From the NCBI RefSeq assembly GCF_006345805.1, contig NC_043019.1, positions 5,455,360-5,519,359 of the forward strand: a DNA stretch of 64,000 nt, read 5' to 3'. The notes below the pieces were generated by a model. That model was given only the letters and a program-made list of their open reading frames with translations, was not told where the DNA came from and ran no database searches. Made by a program: the position numbers and the translations under genes. Shown piece by piece: positions 11,795 to 24,959 of the stretch. This DNA comes from Octopus sinensis. Lineage: Eukaryota. Positions within the stretch are counted from its first letter, which is position 1. The number at the start of each line of letters is the position of its first letter.

Positions 11795-12118
11795 GAAGGC
11801 GCGTGGCTTAGTGGTTAGGGCATTCGTCCACGATTGTAAGGTCGTGAGTTCGATTCCAGGCGACGCGTTGTGTCCTTGAGCAAGACACTTTATTTCATGT
11901 TGCTCCAGCCCACTCAGCTGGCAAAAATGAGTTGTACCTGTATTTCAAAGGGCCGGCCTTGTCACACTGTGTGTCACGCTGAATCTCCCTAAGAACTACG
12001 TTAGGGGTACGCGTGTCTGTGGAGTGCTCAGCCACTTGCACGTTAATTTCACGAGCAGGCTGTTCCGTTGATTCAGATCAACCGGAACCCTCATCGTCGT
12101 AACCGACGGAGTGCTCCT
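11795..12118 (+). mobile_element. tRNA-derived SINE, head B + tail 2
   Basis: GGCGCGTGGCTTAGTGGTTAGGG, GAGTTCGATTCC and TGTGTCCTTGAGCAAGACAC core; similar copy at ~34845-35162. Confidence 0.8.
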
Positions 12119-12374
12119 ATCCTATAAGGGCCACCAACATGGTTTACGTTATTAAGGCTCCTGTTACGATTACTATAACACAAAACTCTTCTTGTTATTT
12201 CCTAAACACCGCCAGAATGAACTCATTTCCTTTCATCTGCACCTTCTTATGTGTTGTTGTTTGATCTCTTGTCGCTCTTCATCATCATCATCCTTTCGTC
12301 ACCTCTTGGCGTCTTGGCCATCGACTCCCAGCGATGAGGGTGGAGTCGTGACTGATGGAACTTCTAGAATCAGC

Positions 12375-12395
12375 TGTTGTTTATGTTGTTGTTGT

Positions 12396-12427
<32 letters not shown>

Positions 12428-12452
12428 ATGATGATGATGATGATGATGATGA

Positions 12453-12485
<33 letters not shown>

Positions 12486-12495
12486 CGTCGTCGTT
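12375..12495. repeat. (GTT)n/(GAT)n compound microsatellite
   Basis: Direct inspection. Confidence 0.9.
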
Positions 12496-13119
12496 ACCAC
12501 AGATATTGTCCGTCCCTGTCCACCTACTGCAACTACGTCACCTCTGACTGTTACTCTCACGCCATAAACGACCGTATTTTCTGCCCTTCGTCACATCTCA
12601 TATCACTTTTCTTTCTGCACCCATGACGGGATATAGTTATATATTGTAGTCATGCATACACACACTCACAATATATATATATACATACATACGCAAACAT
12701 ATATACGCATACACACACAAACACACACACAATGTATATATGTGTGTGTGTGCATGTGTGTGCACGTGTGTATGAGTGTGTGCGTGCATGTGTACGCTTG
12801 TATATATGCATGGGTCTCTCTCCCTCTCTCTGTCTCTCTCTTTATATATATATTTATATATCATCATCATCATCATCATCATCATTTTAACATCCAATGT
12901 TCCGTGTTCGCGTAGATTGGGCAGAATTTTGTTGGAATGGATTTCTTCTACGGCTCTATACAACTTCCTGACACATGCCCTCACCCGTTTCCAAGTAAGG
13001 AAACATTTTTCCATGATCAGACATATTTTCAGAGAAGATTGGAAACGAAGGACACCGCTTCCATAACGGGGACATTCGTTTCCGACTGACACACGTTGTC
13101 AAAGCAAGGAGACAATAAC

Positions 13120-13348
13120 ACACACTTATACACACACGCGCGCACTGATGCACACACATAAACACATACACACATACATACATACATACATACACACACA
13201 TATATATATATATACATACATACATACATACATGCATACATACATACACACACATATATATATACATACATACCTACATACCTACATACATACACACACA
13301 TACATACATACATTACATACATACACACACACATATATACACATACAA

Positions 13349-13381
<33 letters not shown>

Positions 13382-13740
13382 CATACACACACACATACAT
13401 ACATACATACATACATACATACATACATACATACACACACACATACATACATACACACACACACATACATACATACACACACATATATATACATACATAC
13501 CTACATACACACATACATACATACATACATACATACATACATACACACACATACATACATACATACATACATACATACATACATACATACATACACACAC
13601 ATATATATACATACATACCTACATACATACACACACATACATACATACATACATACATACATACATACATACATACACACACACATACATACATACATAC
13701 ATACATACATACATACATACATACATACATACATGTGTGT
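13120..13740. repeat. (TACA)n/(CA)n compound microsatellite
   Basis: Direct inspection. Confidence 0.95.
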
Positions 13741-13892
13741 ATGAGTGAAGGAGAGAGAGAAAGAAAAAGAGAGAGGGAGGGAAAAAGGGAGAGAAAGAGA
13801 GAGAGAGAAAGAGAGAGAGAGAGGTGAACTATTTCGAAATGGACACAGAAATCAACGAAAAATTTGATGTAGTAGTGAAAATTGATATTAAC

Positions 13893-14490
<598 letters not shown>

Positions 14491-14761
14491 TTTGTAGGAG
14501 CAAAATTGGAGCAATTATAAATCAATGGAATGAAATCAAGCGAAAAACGTTTAGGCCAGACAGAAATACAACAACAACAACAGCAGCATAAAATGTACGA
14601 ACACGCACTGTCCGAGTTGCACATGCTTGCATTATGAGCACCAACTGCATTTCTCACTGACCAACCAATTGGCAGCAATATTAACTCCTCCATAATATGG
14701 TTTTGTTTGTCTGGCCGTACACAGCCACACATTGATCCATCTTACTGAATATAACTGTTTC

Positions 14762-15375
14762 ATGGCGGCGAGCTGGCCGAGTGGTTAGCGCGCCGGGCGA
14801 AAAGCTTAGCTGTATTTCGTCTGTCGTTACGTTGTGAATTCAAATTCCGCCGAGGTCGACTTTGTCTTTTATCTTTTGGGGGTCGATAAATTAAGTACCA
14901 GTTACGCACTGGGGTCGATATAATCGACTTAATCCGTTTGTCTGTCCTTGTTTGTCCTCTCTGTGTTTAGCCCCTTGTGGGTAGTAAAGAAATAGGTATT
15001 TCGTCTGTCGTTACGTTCTGAGTTCAAATTCTGCCGAGATCAACTTTGCCTTTTATCTTTTGGGGGTCGATAAATTAAGTACCAGTTACGCACTGGTGTC
15101 GATGTAATCGACTTAATCCGTTTGTCTGTCCTTGTTTGCCCCCTCTATGTTTAGCCCTTGTGGGCAATAAAGAAATAAGAAACGTTAGCACCGCGGGCGA
15201 AATGCTTAGCGGCATTTCGTCTGTCTTTATGTTCTGAGTTCAAATTCCGCCGAGGTCGACTTTGCCTTTCATCCTTTCGGGGTCGATAAATTAAGTACCA
15301 ATTGCGTACTGGGAGCGATCAAATCGACTAGCCCCCTCCCACAAAATTACGGGCCTTGTACCTAGAGTAGAAAAG
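14762..15375 (+). mobile_element. SINE S2 with three internal units
   Basis: Full head plus repeated body; GAATATAACTGT on both sides (possible TSD). Confidence 0.8.
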
Positions 15376-15446
15376 AATATAACTGTATCACATAACCATA
15401 TTAAATATAACTGTTTTATGTAGTTTTGCTGGTCACACTGTCTAAC

Positions 15447-15506
<60 letters not shown>

Positions 15507-15552
15507 TCGGAAAGTATCTTAGCAATGAGAACCCAGTTTCGAAATACCCCAA

Positions 15553-15598
15553 GACACCTGAAGAAGGTTGGAGGGTATATCAGCCGAAACGTTGTGTT
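15553..15598 (+). ncRNA. Minimal type I hammerhead ribozyme, type A, copy 1
   Basis: GACAC-CUGAAGA-A-GGUUG(10 nt loop)CAGCC-GAAA-C-GUU-GUGUU. Stems I and II close; stem III is the palindrome AACGUU. Confidence 0.75.
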
Positions 15599-16304
15599 TA
15601 CAATAAACAAGATGAGGACAAATATCTGTCAAATGTAAATAATGTAAATAATGTACAACCTGAATAACAGCAACAACTATAATAATAATAATAAATGCCC
15701 TGATGCAGTACTAGACAGTGGCTCTTGTGGCTTCTGATCTTAACTGATTGGAAGTGTTATCATGGACATTGTTTTGTCTTGGTATAAAAGATGGGCTACA
15801 GCAAATATTCTGCTCAATGACCTTAACCAGTTGACCATATCCCTTAGTGGCTGACGATATATGCATCTCTGATCACAAGAAGAAGTAGTTGGAGAGCATC
15901 ATAGCCATGTGTTGAGAGGGATTCTTTGGGGTTTGAATAATTCACCTCTGGAAACATGGGTGTTTCGTTCAACATCCTGAAACAACCCTTATTGAGGGAC
16001 CTTTTGAGCGAGATAGGCTACTCGACCAGAAGAAAATTCTAACTGGGCCCCACCTGCAAGGTCATGCACTGCTTATCTGATATTAGATCACCATGTCGCG
16101 CACATATGGTTGTGATGCATGTGCCTAGTGCAACCTTATAAGACGGGTAGTCATGATGGGTATACTGGGCTTCGTATATTTTACCCCAGTGTCACTTTAA
16201 TGGCATGCACTGCTCTCTCACTCAATAATAATAATAATAATAAATAATAATAATAACATCGGAAAGTATCTTAGCAATGAGAACCCAGTTTCGAAATACC
16301 CCAA

Positions 16305-16350
16305 GACACCTGAAGAAGGTTGGAGGGTATATCAGCCGAAACGTTGTGTT
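16305..16350 (+). ncRNA. Hammerhead type A, copy 2
   Basis: Identical to copy 1. Confidence 0.75.
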
Positions 16351-16960
16351 TACAATAAACAAGATGAGGACAAATATCTGTCAAATGTAAATAATGTAAA
16401 TAATGTACAACCTGAATAACAGCAACAACTATAATAATAATAATAAATGCCCTGATGCAGTACCAGACAGTGGCTCTTGTGACTTCTGATCTTAACTGAT
16501 TGGAAGTGTTATCATGGACATTGTTTTGTCTTGGTATAAAAGATGGGCTACAGCAAATATTCTGCTCAATGACCTTAACCAGTTGACCATATCCCTTAGT
16601 GGCTGACGATATATGCATCTCTGATCACAAGAAGAAGTAGTTGGAGAGCATCATGGCCATGTGTTGAGAGGGATTCTTTGGGGTTTGAATAATTCACCTC
16701 TGGAAACATGGGTGTTTCGTTCAACATCCTGAAACAACCCTTATTGAGGGACCTTTTGAGCGAGATAGGCTACTCGACCAGAAGAAAATTCTAACTGGGC
16801 CCCACCTGCAAGGTCATGCACTGCTTATCTGATATTAGATCACCATGTCGCGCACATATGGTTGTGATGCATGTGCCTAGTGCAACCTTATAAGACGTAT
16901 ATTTTACTTCGTATATTTTACCCCAGTGTCACTTTAATGGCATGCACTGCTCTCTCACTC

Positions 16961-17024
<64 letters not shown>

Positions 17025-17071
17025 TCGAAAGATACCTAAGGAATGAGAACCCAGGTTCGAAATTTCCCCAA

Positions 17072-17117
17072 GACACCTGATGAAAGCTGGAGGGTATATC
17101 AGCCGAAACGTTGTGTT
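17072..17117 (+). ncRNA. Hammerhead type A, copy 3 (canonical CUGAUGA core)
   Basis: GACAC-CUGAUGA-A-AGCUG..CAGCC-GAAA-C-GUU-GUGUU; one stem II mismatch. Confidence 0.7.
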
Positions 17118-19509
17118 AACAAACAAGATGAGGACAAATATCCACCAAATGTAAATAATGTACATAATTCCTCATCTCTTAAATATAGAACTGCATGATT
17201 TTTGTCGTTGAGTAGCAATTGTTATTTCCTATTTGCTGACCCCTAGAAAGTGTGAAAAATGGCTAATATTTTCTTCAAACTTTGCTTTTGTTACATTTAT
17301 TCAAACCCCTCAAAATTCCTCTCAACACATACCTATGATGCTCTGCCACTACTTCTGCTTATGATCAGAGATGCACATATTGTCAGCCATTAAGGGACAT
17401 GCTCAACTGGTTACGGTCAAGCAACTAACAAGTAAATCTGTGGTTTTGAGCAGAATATTTGCTATAATGATATTTCTGCTTCAGCAACTCAGCGCTGAAT
17501 CTGTCTGAAATGTAATGGAAAATAGGTCAGTTTCAAAAAATTTGATGTCCAATTCAGAAAAGCAAAGTTTGAAGAGAATAATTGTCATTTCCTCTCATTT
17601 CTAGATAGAATAAAATAGGAAATAACATTTACTGACCAAAGACAAAAAAAATTTGTTACCTTGATACATGTAATTGCTTCATATAGACTCCTGAATATAA
17701 TTGTTTTACACAGCCGCGTTCATTTTGTCTTTATTATATAGTTTTGACAGCACATCACTTGAACGTAGCCTCGTAAGACTTGTACACATAACTATTTTAT
17801 AAAATTGCTGAACGTATTTGTAATACGAAGCCTTGAGGATTAAAAGCATTTTCTTCAACGTTTTATTCAACCTTACCTCATAACAGAACTGGTACTCCAT
17901 CGGTGACGACGACGTGTGTTCAAGTTGATCTGACCTACGGGACAGCCGGCTCGTGAAATTAACGTGCATGTGGCTGAGCACTCCACAGACATGCATACCC
18001 TTAATATAGTCCTCATATGGCAGAAACGTTAGCACGCCGGGCGAAATGCGTAGCAGTATTTCGTCTGCCGTTACGTTCTCAGTTCAAATTCCGCCGAGGT
18101 CGACTTTGCCTTTTATCCTTTCGGGGTCGATAAATTAAGTACCAGTTACGCACTGGGATCGATGTAATCGACTTAATCCGTTTGTCTGTCCTTGTTTGTA
18201 CTCTCTGTGTTTAGCCCCTTGCGGGTAGTAAATAAATATATAGTTCTCATGGAGATTCAGTTTGACAGCTGAATAAACTGTAACAACGTGAAATAAAGTG
18301 TCTTGCTCAAGGACACAACGCACCGCCGGCATCCGAACTCACGACTGTGCGATCGTGAGCCGAATGCCCTAACCACTAAGCCACGCGATAACATTGCAGA
18401 ACAATAATTTCAACGTAGCCTTGTTGTTGATAAGTGCTTTTATTTTTCTATTGCTGAGACCCCGTTCAGTCATGACTGACCATGGGATTGCACCTAGAAA
18501 GTTACCCTCAGAGGCACAAGTCAGGGCAAGGTTGTTTATGGAAGACCAGCAGTCGCCCATGCATACCAGCCCCGCCTCTCCACACCGCCAGTGTTATCCA
18601 AGGGAAAGGCACCTGTGATGTTGCAACTCATTTCTACAGCTGAGTGAACTGCATCAACGTGAAATAAAATGTCTTGCTCAAGAACACAACACGCAGCCCA
18701 TTCCGGGATTTGATCTCACAACCTCACGATCGTAAGTTCAATGCTCTAACCACTGAGCCATGCGCCTTCACACATACATATATAGGAAGGGGTGCTGAGA
18801 ACTTCCTGATTTTAAGGGTATTGCGTGATGGCATAATCATCCAAGTTTCTAAGTTCTTTTACAGGGCTTAGAAAATCTGAAGGACTGCTGCAATAAGTGT
18901 ATAAATCTGAGAGGGGGATAAAATCACAATTAATTGATCCTCCTGTATTTTCTTTTATCCAAAGTAAAACACGCAGCCGTGTCCGGGATTCGAACTCACA
19001 ACCTCACGATCGTAAGCTCGACGCTCTAACCACCGAGCCATGCACCTCTGCTATTTTTCTGTATAAACTTCACATAATATAACTGTTTTACATAGATTTA
19101 TAGAATACGAGCCATGTCACTTTGCTGAGCATAACTGTCTTTCATTGCTTTGCGAAACACAAATGTTTATAACAGACTTGCTGGACATAATGTTCCTTAT
19201 AGCCATGCTGAATACAAGCTTGATATAGACTTGCTTGATATAACTGTTTCGTATTGCCTTGTTGTACATAACTTTTATATATTGTCCTGCCAAATCTGTT
19301 TACAGAGCTCTAGAGCCCTGCTGAATAATCTGTTTGTAGAGCCCTGCTGTTTATAAAGCCTTGTTGTTTATAACAGCTTTATGTAATCTTCCTGGATATA
19401 ACTGCTTTATATAGCTTTGCTAAATATAGCTGTTTTAATCTTTGCAGAACATAAATCATTAATGCATCTTCGCTTACCGCGACTGTTAGTTATATCTTTG
19501 CTGAATATC

Positions 19510-19910
19510 GGTGCAGATGTGGCTGTGAGGTTAAGAAATTTGTTTCCCCGCCACTTGATTCCTGGTTCAGTCTCGCAGCGGGGCACCTTCAGCAAGTGTC
19601 TTTTACTATTGCCCTTAGCCGACCAAAGCCTTGTGAGTGGATTTAGTCGAAACAGGAAGAAACCCGTCGTGTATACATACATATGTGTGTGTGTGTGTGT
19701 GTGTGTGTGCGTGCGTGCGTGCGTATGTTTGTGTTTGTCTCCCACCACCGCTTGACAACCGATGTTGGTATGTTTACGTCCTTGCAACTTAGCGACCAAC
19801 AGGATGAATATCAAGCTTAAATAAATAAGCCCTGGGGTCAATTCATTCAACTAAAGCCCTTCGAGGCGGTGCCCCTACATGGCCACAATCCAGTGACTGA
19901 AGTAAATAAA
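19510..19910 (+). mobile_element. SINE S1, diverged
   Basis: Recognisable head and body. Confidence 0.75.
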
Positions 19911-20315
19911 AAAAATATGGGATACCTTTTTTATATCCCCCTTTGCTGATTATCACAGTTTGATATCGCCTTGCATAATATAACGTTTTAAAGTAGCCTT
20001 GGTTAATAGAACTATTCTATACAGTTTTGACGAACCGTGCTTATTTAATAAGGCCGACTGAATATAGCTGTTTTATATTACCTTACTTTACAGAATGTCT
20101 TATGAAATATGGTTGTATGATGTCCCCTTTTGCTATTATATAGCTGCACTTAACCATGAATAGCTACACGTGGCTACACATTGCTACTTTCAACTATATA
20201 TAGATGCATTTCAATATATAGCTACAGTATCGGCTATACATGTATAGTTAAATTACGAATTAAAAACAGCGTAAACATTATAGGTCGCACATACATAGTG
20301 TATGTGTTTTATTTA

Positions 20316-20799
20316 CCGTAAATCCTCGAGTATAATCCGCATTTTCCCCCAAAACCCCTAGAGCGTACTATTTTCGAGGTTAAAAATGAAAAATATTTTC
20401 TAAGTAATGTCCGAGTCTCTATTTGCTGTCCGGCAATGTTTATTCAGATGCATTTTGTGATGTCGGGCGCGAAAATACCTTAAGCTAAGCCTGAAAGCAA
20501 TGAAGTCATTAAAGAATCATCCATAACTTGCAGTAAGCAACATTTATTAGAATAAAAGTATTCAGAACACAGAATAACATGTAACAAAAACAATTTGCAA
20601 ACATATTCCCATATAACAGTTAAGAACATCACCATTATTGTATTACGCATGCACGGAAGTGTTTGTTCGACTAGGTGCTGCTGGCTTAATTACGCACGAC
20701 TCAAGTTAGAGAAGGAGTGCGTATTATACACAAGGTTTAGGTTTTTCAGAGGTACATCCCCCTAAAAATCCCCTGCGTATTATACTCGAAGATTTACGG
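20316..20799. mobile_element. Tc1/mariner-pogo-type MITE
   Basis: TIRs CCGTAAATCCTCGAGTATAATCCGCA / TGCGTATTATACTCGAAGATTTACGG, with TA on both sides. Confidence 0.85.
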
Positions 20800-20809
20800 T
20801 ATGTGCTCA

Positions 20810-21650
20810 TTTGTTGCGGGATAGCGTCAAGGGAAAGCTCCCTACACGGCGCTGAGTGTTAAAGAACAGATGAGATAACTCACTTCGAATCAACAAGAAT
20901 GATAGATATAGATCTTTCGTCGTTATTTTGGCTTATCAATACCAGGTATTCGGATCACCTCGAAACGAAGTGAATCGCTGGACTGGGGCTTATACCCAAA
21001 TAGATTGAAGTCTATTTTCTGATGAGCTTTGGCGCGGCACAAATGAAAGAAAATTACCGTCGCGCATTCATAGTAATGTTTACATTACTAGAGTTACTTT
21101 TAAATCGTAATTTAATTTTCTTTCACATGTGCTACGCCGGAGCTTATCAGTAAATAGGCTTCACTCTCTTTGCGTATAAGTTCCAGACCAGCGATTCGCG
21201 TCGTTTCAAAATGATCAGACCACGTGGTATTGATTCTCGGTCATCCAAGGCGAGTTGCTTCGCCTGGTCTGGGGCATTCCGTATTCTTTAACACACGGCG
21301 TCGTGTAGGGAACTTTCCCACAACGCCCTCCCCGCAGCAAATGGGCCGCATAATGCATACACATGGGTATATATCGTCTCCTAGACTATTATCTCCTACT
21401 CAATACCCTCCTTAACCTCGTCTTCACGGTCAATTGTTTCCTAATTTTTTGGTAAATTTCCTGGATCCTGAGGTGGTCTTAAATTACAAAAGCCTCTTTT
21501 TAGCCCCCCCCCCCACCCCGGGCCATAGAGCTGAACAGTCGTTACATTAACGTCTCCATTGGCATCACTCACCAGATGGCAGCTTAATAACTTCATTTCT
21601 TGCATTAGCTCCTTTCACTACCGTATTTGATCCCTCTATCAGCTCCTTAG
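20810..21650. promoter_or_regulatory. CpG-retaining, repeat-free segment with promoter/insulator-like motifs
   Basis: Visibly higher CpG density than the flanks. CACGTG at 21221, GGGAACTTTCC at 21308, CTCF-like CACCAGATGGCAG at ~21570. Confidence 0.4.
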
Positions 21651-22237
21651 ATACTTAGCTTGCTTACCAACCACACGGTTCCGGGTTCAGTCCCACTGCG
21701 TGGCACCTTGGGCAAGTGTCTTCTACTATAGCCTCGGGCCGACCAAAGCCTTGTGAGTGGATTTAGCAGACGGAAACTGAAAGAAGCCCGTTGTATATAT
21801 AGTATGAAAATCAAATATAATAATAATAGTCTTTTCTACTCTAGGCACAAGGCCCGGAATTTTGGGGGAAGGATGCAGTCGATTAGATCGACCTCAGTAC
21901 GCAACTGGTACTTAATTTATCGACCCCGAAAGGATGAAAGGCAAAGCTGACTTCGGCGGAATTTGAACTCAGAACGTAAAGACAGACGAAATACCTATTT
22001 CTTTACTACCCACAAGGGGCAAAAAACAGAGGACAAATAAGGATAGACAAAGGGATTAAGTCGATTATATCGACCCCAGTGCGTGACTGGTCCTTAATTT
22101 ATCGACCCCGAGTGGATGAAAGGCAAAGTCGACCTTGGCGGAATTTGAACTCAGAACGTAACGGTAGACGAAATACCGCTAAGCATTTTGCCCGGCGTGC
22201 TAACGATTCTGCCAGCTCGCCGCCTTAGTATATAATA

Positions 22238-22300
<63 letters not shown>

Positions 22301-23933
22301 GTAAGTTTGGACTTGAGAAGTGTGCCAAGGCCACTTTCCAGAAAGGGAAAGTGAAGACCCACAATTCAGTCGTGTTAGATGTTGACACAGTCATAAGAGA
22401 GCTTGAGCAAGAACAAACATACAAATTTTAGGGATAAATGAAGGCTCTGGTATTCAGCATGCAAGCATGAAAGAGAAGATCAGGAAGGAATGTTATAGGA
22501 GAGTTCGTGCAGTCCTGAAATCTGAACTAAATGCGCGTAACAAGGTGTTAGCTATAAATTCCTTAGCAGTTCCAGTTGTTACTTATAGCTACAATGTGTT
22601 GAACTGGAATATGAGTGAAGTAAAGAATATAGATAGGAAAATACGCAAGCTGCTGAGTTGTAATAGGATGCACCACCCAAAGGCAGACGTAGATCGCCTT
22701 TACCTTCCCAGAGCCCAAGGAGGTCGAGGCCTGATCCAATTTGAACTAGCTTACAAAACAACCACAATTGGACTGGCCAAATATCTTGAAATATCGAATG
22801 ACTGGATGCTAAAGCTCGTGGAAAATCACGAGAGACGAAAGAAGCTTCATTCTATCATAAAGGAAAGCAAAAAATTTGCTATTGATCTCGTGCAGGATAC
22901 CCAAACTGAACAACCCGAGGGAAGTACGGCAACTATTGTTGCAAAGAAGGTGAAAATGATGGCAATGAAAAAAGCGCACGAGCAATTGGCTGATAGGTGG
23001 GAGGAGAAACCTCTGCACGGCAAATATGTGACCCGCAGCAAACAAGCTGATGTTGACCAGAAGCAAACCCATCAGTGGCTACGGAGCTCAGGGCTAAAAG
23101 CAGAGAGCGAAGGTTTCATCATCTGGCTGCTCAAGATCAAAGCCTATTAACCCGGAACTACCAGGCCAATGTGATGAAAAATGGAGCAGACCCAAAATGC
23201 CGATTCTGCAACGACATGATTGAAACAGTGGACCACCTAATCTCTGGATGTAAAGTCTTAGCACCAGTGGAGTATAAATTAAGACATGACAGAGTTGGCC
23301 AATATCTCCACTGGCTCATAAGTCGGCATTACAATATCAAAACTGCCGACAAGTGGTATAATCACCACCCTGAGGCTGTAACTGAAGGAGAAAATGTAAC
23401 CATTCTGTGGGACTTTCCAGTACATACAGACCGAACCATCAAGGCCAATAAACAGATATTGTTGTGAAAGACCAAAACAATAAAGTTTGCTTATTGATCG
23501 ACATGAGCATCCCCTGTGATCATAATATCTCAGCGAAAGAGTTTGACAAGCTCAGAAAATATAAAGACCTACTCATTGAAATTGAGAAAATGTGGCATCT
23601 CAAGCGGTTACAATACCAGTGATCGTAGGAGCACTAGGAATGATCAAGAAGGGAACCGAAAATTATATGAGAATGATCCCTGGCTTACCATCCCTGCAAG
23701 AAGTGAAAAAGATTGTCTTAACTGGTACATCACACGTATTGAGAAGAGCATTGTCGATGTGAGAACTGTTGCTGCTCATGTATTTTAATTTAACTTCAAA
23801 AAAAAAAAAAAATGAACGAACTATTGAGTTTGGTTTAATGGCCTACCAATGTATACTATGAGTTTCTTTGCCCTAGGAGTCGGGAAGACACTCGGCAAGA
23901 AATGGAAGCAAATTTGAAAGAAGAAAAAAAAAG
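22301..23933 (+). mobile_element. R4/Dong-clade non-LTR retrotransposon, 5'-truncated and frameshifted
   Basis: RT end (KFGLEKC..YK.LG, HPKADVDRLYLPRAQGGRGL), CCHC knuckle (CRFC..ETVDHLISGC) and RLE endonuclease (NKPDIV..LIDMSIP..K..KY). Embedded in (AAT)n on both sides; about four 1-2 nt frameshifts. Confidence 0.9.
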
Positions 23934-23954
23934 TAATGATAATAATAATAATAA

Positions 23955-24515
23955 TAATGCCCTGATGCAGTACCAGGCAGTGGCTCTCATGGCTTCTGAT
24001 CTTAACTGATTGGAAGTGTTATCATGTACATTGTTTTGTCTTGGTATAAAAGATGGGCTACAGCAAATATTCTGCTCAATGCCACAGATTTGCTTGTCAG
24101 TTGTTTGCCCTCAACCAGTTGACCATGTCCCTTAGTGGCTGACGATATGGGCATCTCTGATCATGAGCAGAAGTAGTGGGGGAGCATCATGGCCATGTGC
24201 TGAGAGGAATTCTTTGGGGTTTGAATAATTTACCTCTAGAAACATGGGTGTTTCATTCAACATCCTTAAACAACCCTTATTCAGTGACCTTTTGAGCGGA
24301 ATGGGTTACTCGACCTGAAGAAAATTCTAACTGGGCCCCACCCGCAAGGTCATGTGCTGTTTATCTTGTTATGAGATCACCATGTCGCGCACATATGGTT
24401 GTGATGCAAGTGCCTGGTGTACCCTTATCAGACGGGTAGTCATGATGGGTATACCGAGCTTCGTATATTTTACACCAGTGTCACTTTGATGGTATGCACT
24501 GCTCTCTCACTCAAT
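23955..24515. mobile_element. ~560 bp interspersed repeat bounded by (AAT)n
   Basis: Same element as in the 15.7 and 16.4 kb units and at ~55075-55660; inverted fragment at ~17295-17470. Class not identified. Confidence 0.75.
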
Positions 24516-24959
24516 AATAATAATAATAATAATGACAACAGCAACGACAACAACGTAATCATTTCTTTATGCCACAAGATGGACAGATGACTTGTCATTA
24601 CAAGTACAAAGTACCTTGATGATGGTCACAACGGTGATGGTGTTGGTGTTGGTGGTGGTGGTAACGATGATGATGATGAAGAGGAGGAGGATGAGACAGA
24701 TGATGAAGACGATGAGGATGAAGATGACGATTAAAATACAGTACAATCAGGAGACACTTGATGTAGGTGGACCAAATCTTCAGGTAAGAAACGCTGCCAT
24801 TAAAACCATTCTCCTCCTTGGAACCTTATTAATTCTACTGAGTACCTTAATTCTACCGTTTTACTCACCAAGTTCTTTGAAAGTCTATTCAAAATCTTCC
24901 TCTTCTTCGGGAAAGAATTTCTTCTTCATTACGTGATGAACAGTTAACAAAGAAAAAGT

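Larger units (their letters stand above)
15448..17195 (+). repeat. Tandem array: [(AAT)n - hammerhead element - ~540 bp element] x2 plus a third hammerhead element
   Basis: Units begin about 752 and 767 nt apart. Units 1 and 2 differ by a few substitutions and one short rearrangement near 16885. Confidence 0.9.

Noticed and set aside
21015-21065. CTGATGAG...GAAA as a hammerhead
   Set aside because: Stem II pairs poorly and no stem I/III partner with an NUH site could be placed.
22467-23790. Host gene from the 227, 130 and 90 aa ORFs
   Set aside because: They are consecutive frameshifted pieces of one R4/Dong RT-RLE ORF.
24592-24936. 114 aa ORF with an ETLDVGGPNLQ|GTAAGA donor
   Set aside because: Mostly (GAT)/(GGT) repeat, with a weak acceptor and no recognisable homology; phase is incompatible with direct joining to the 38921 exon in the frame that continues into the transposase.
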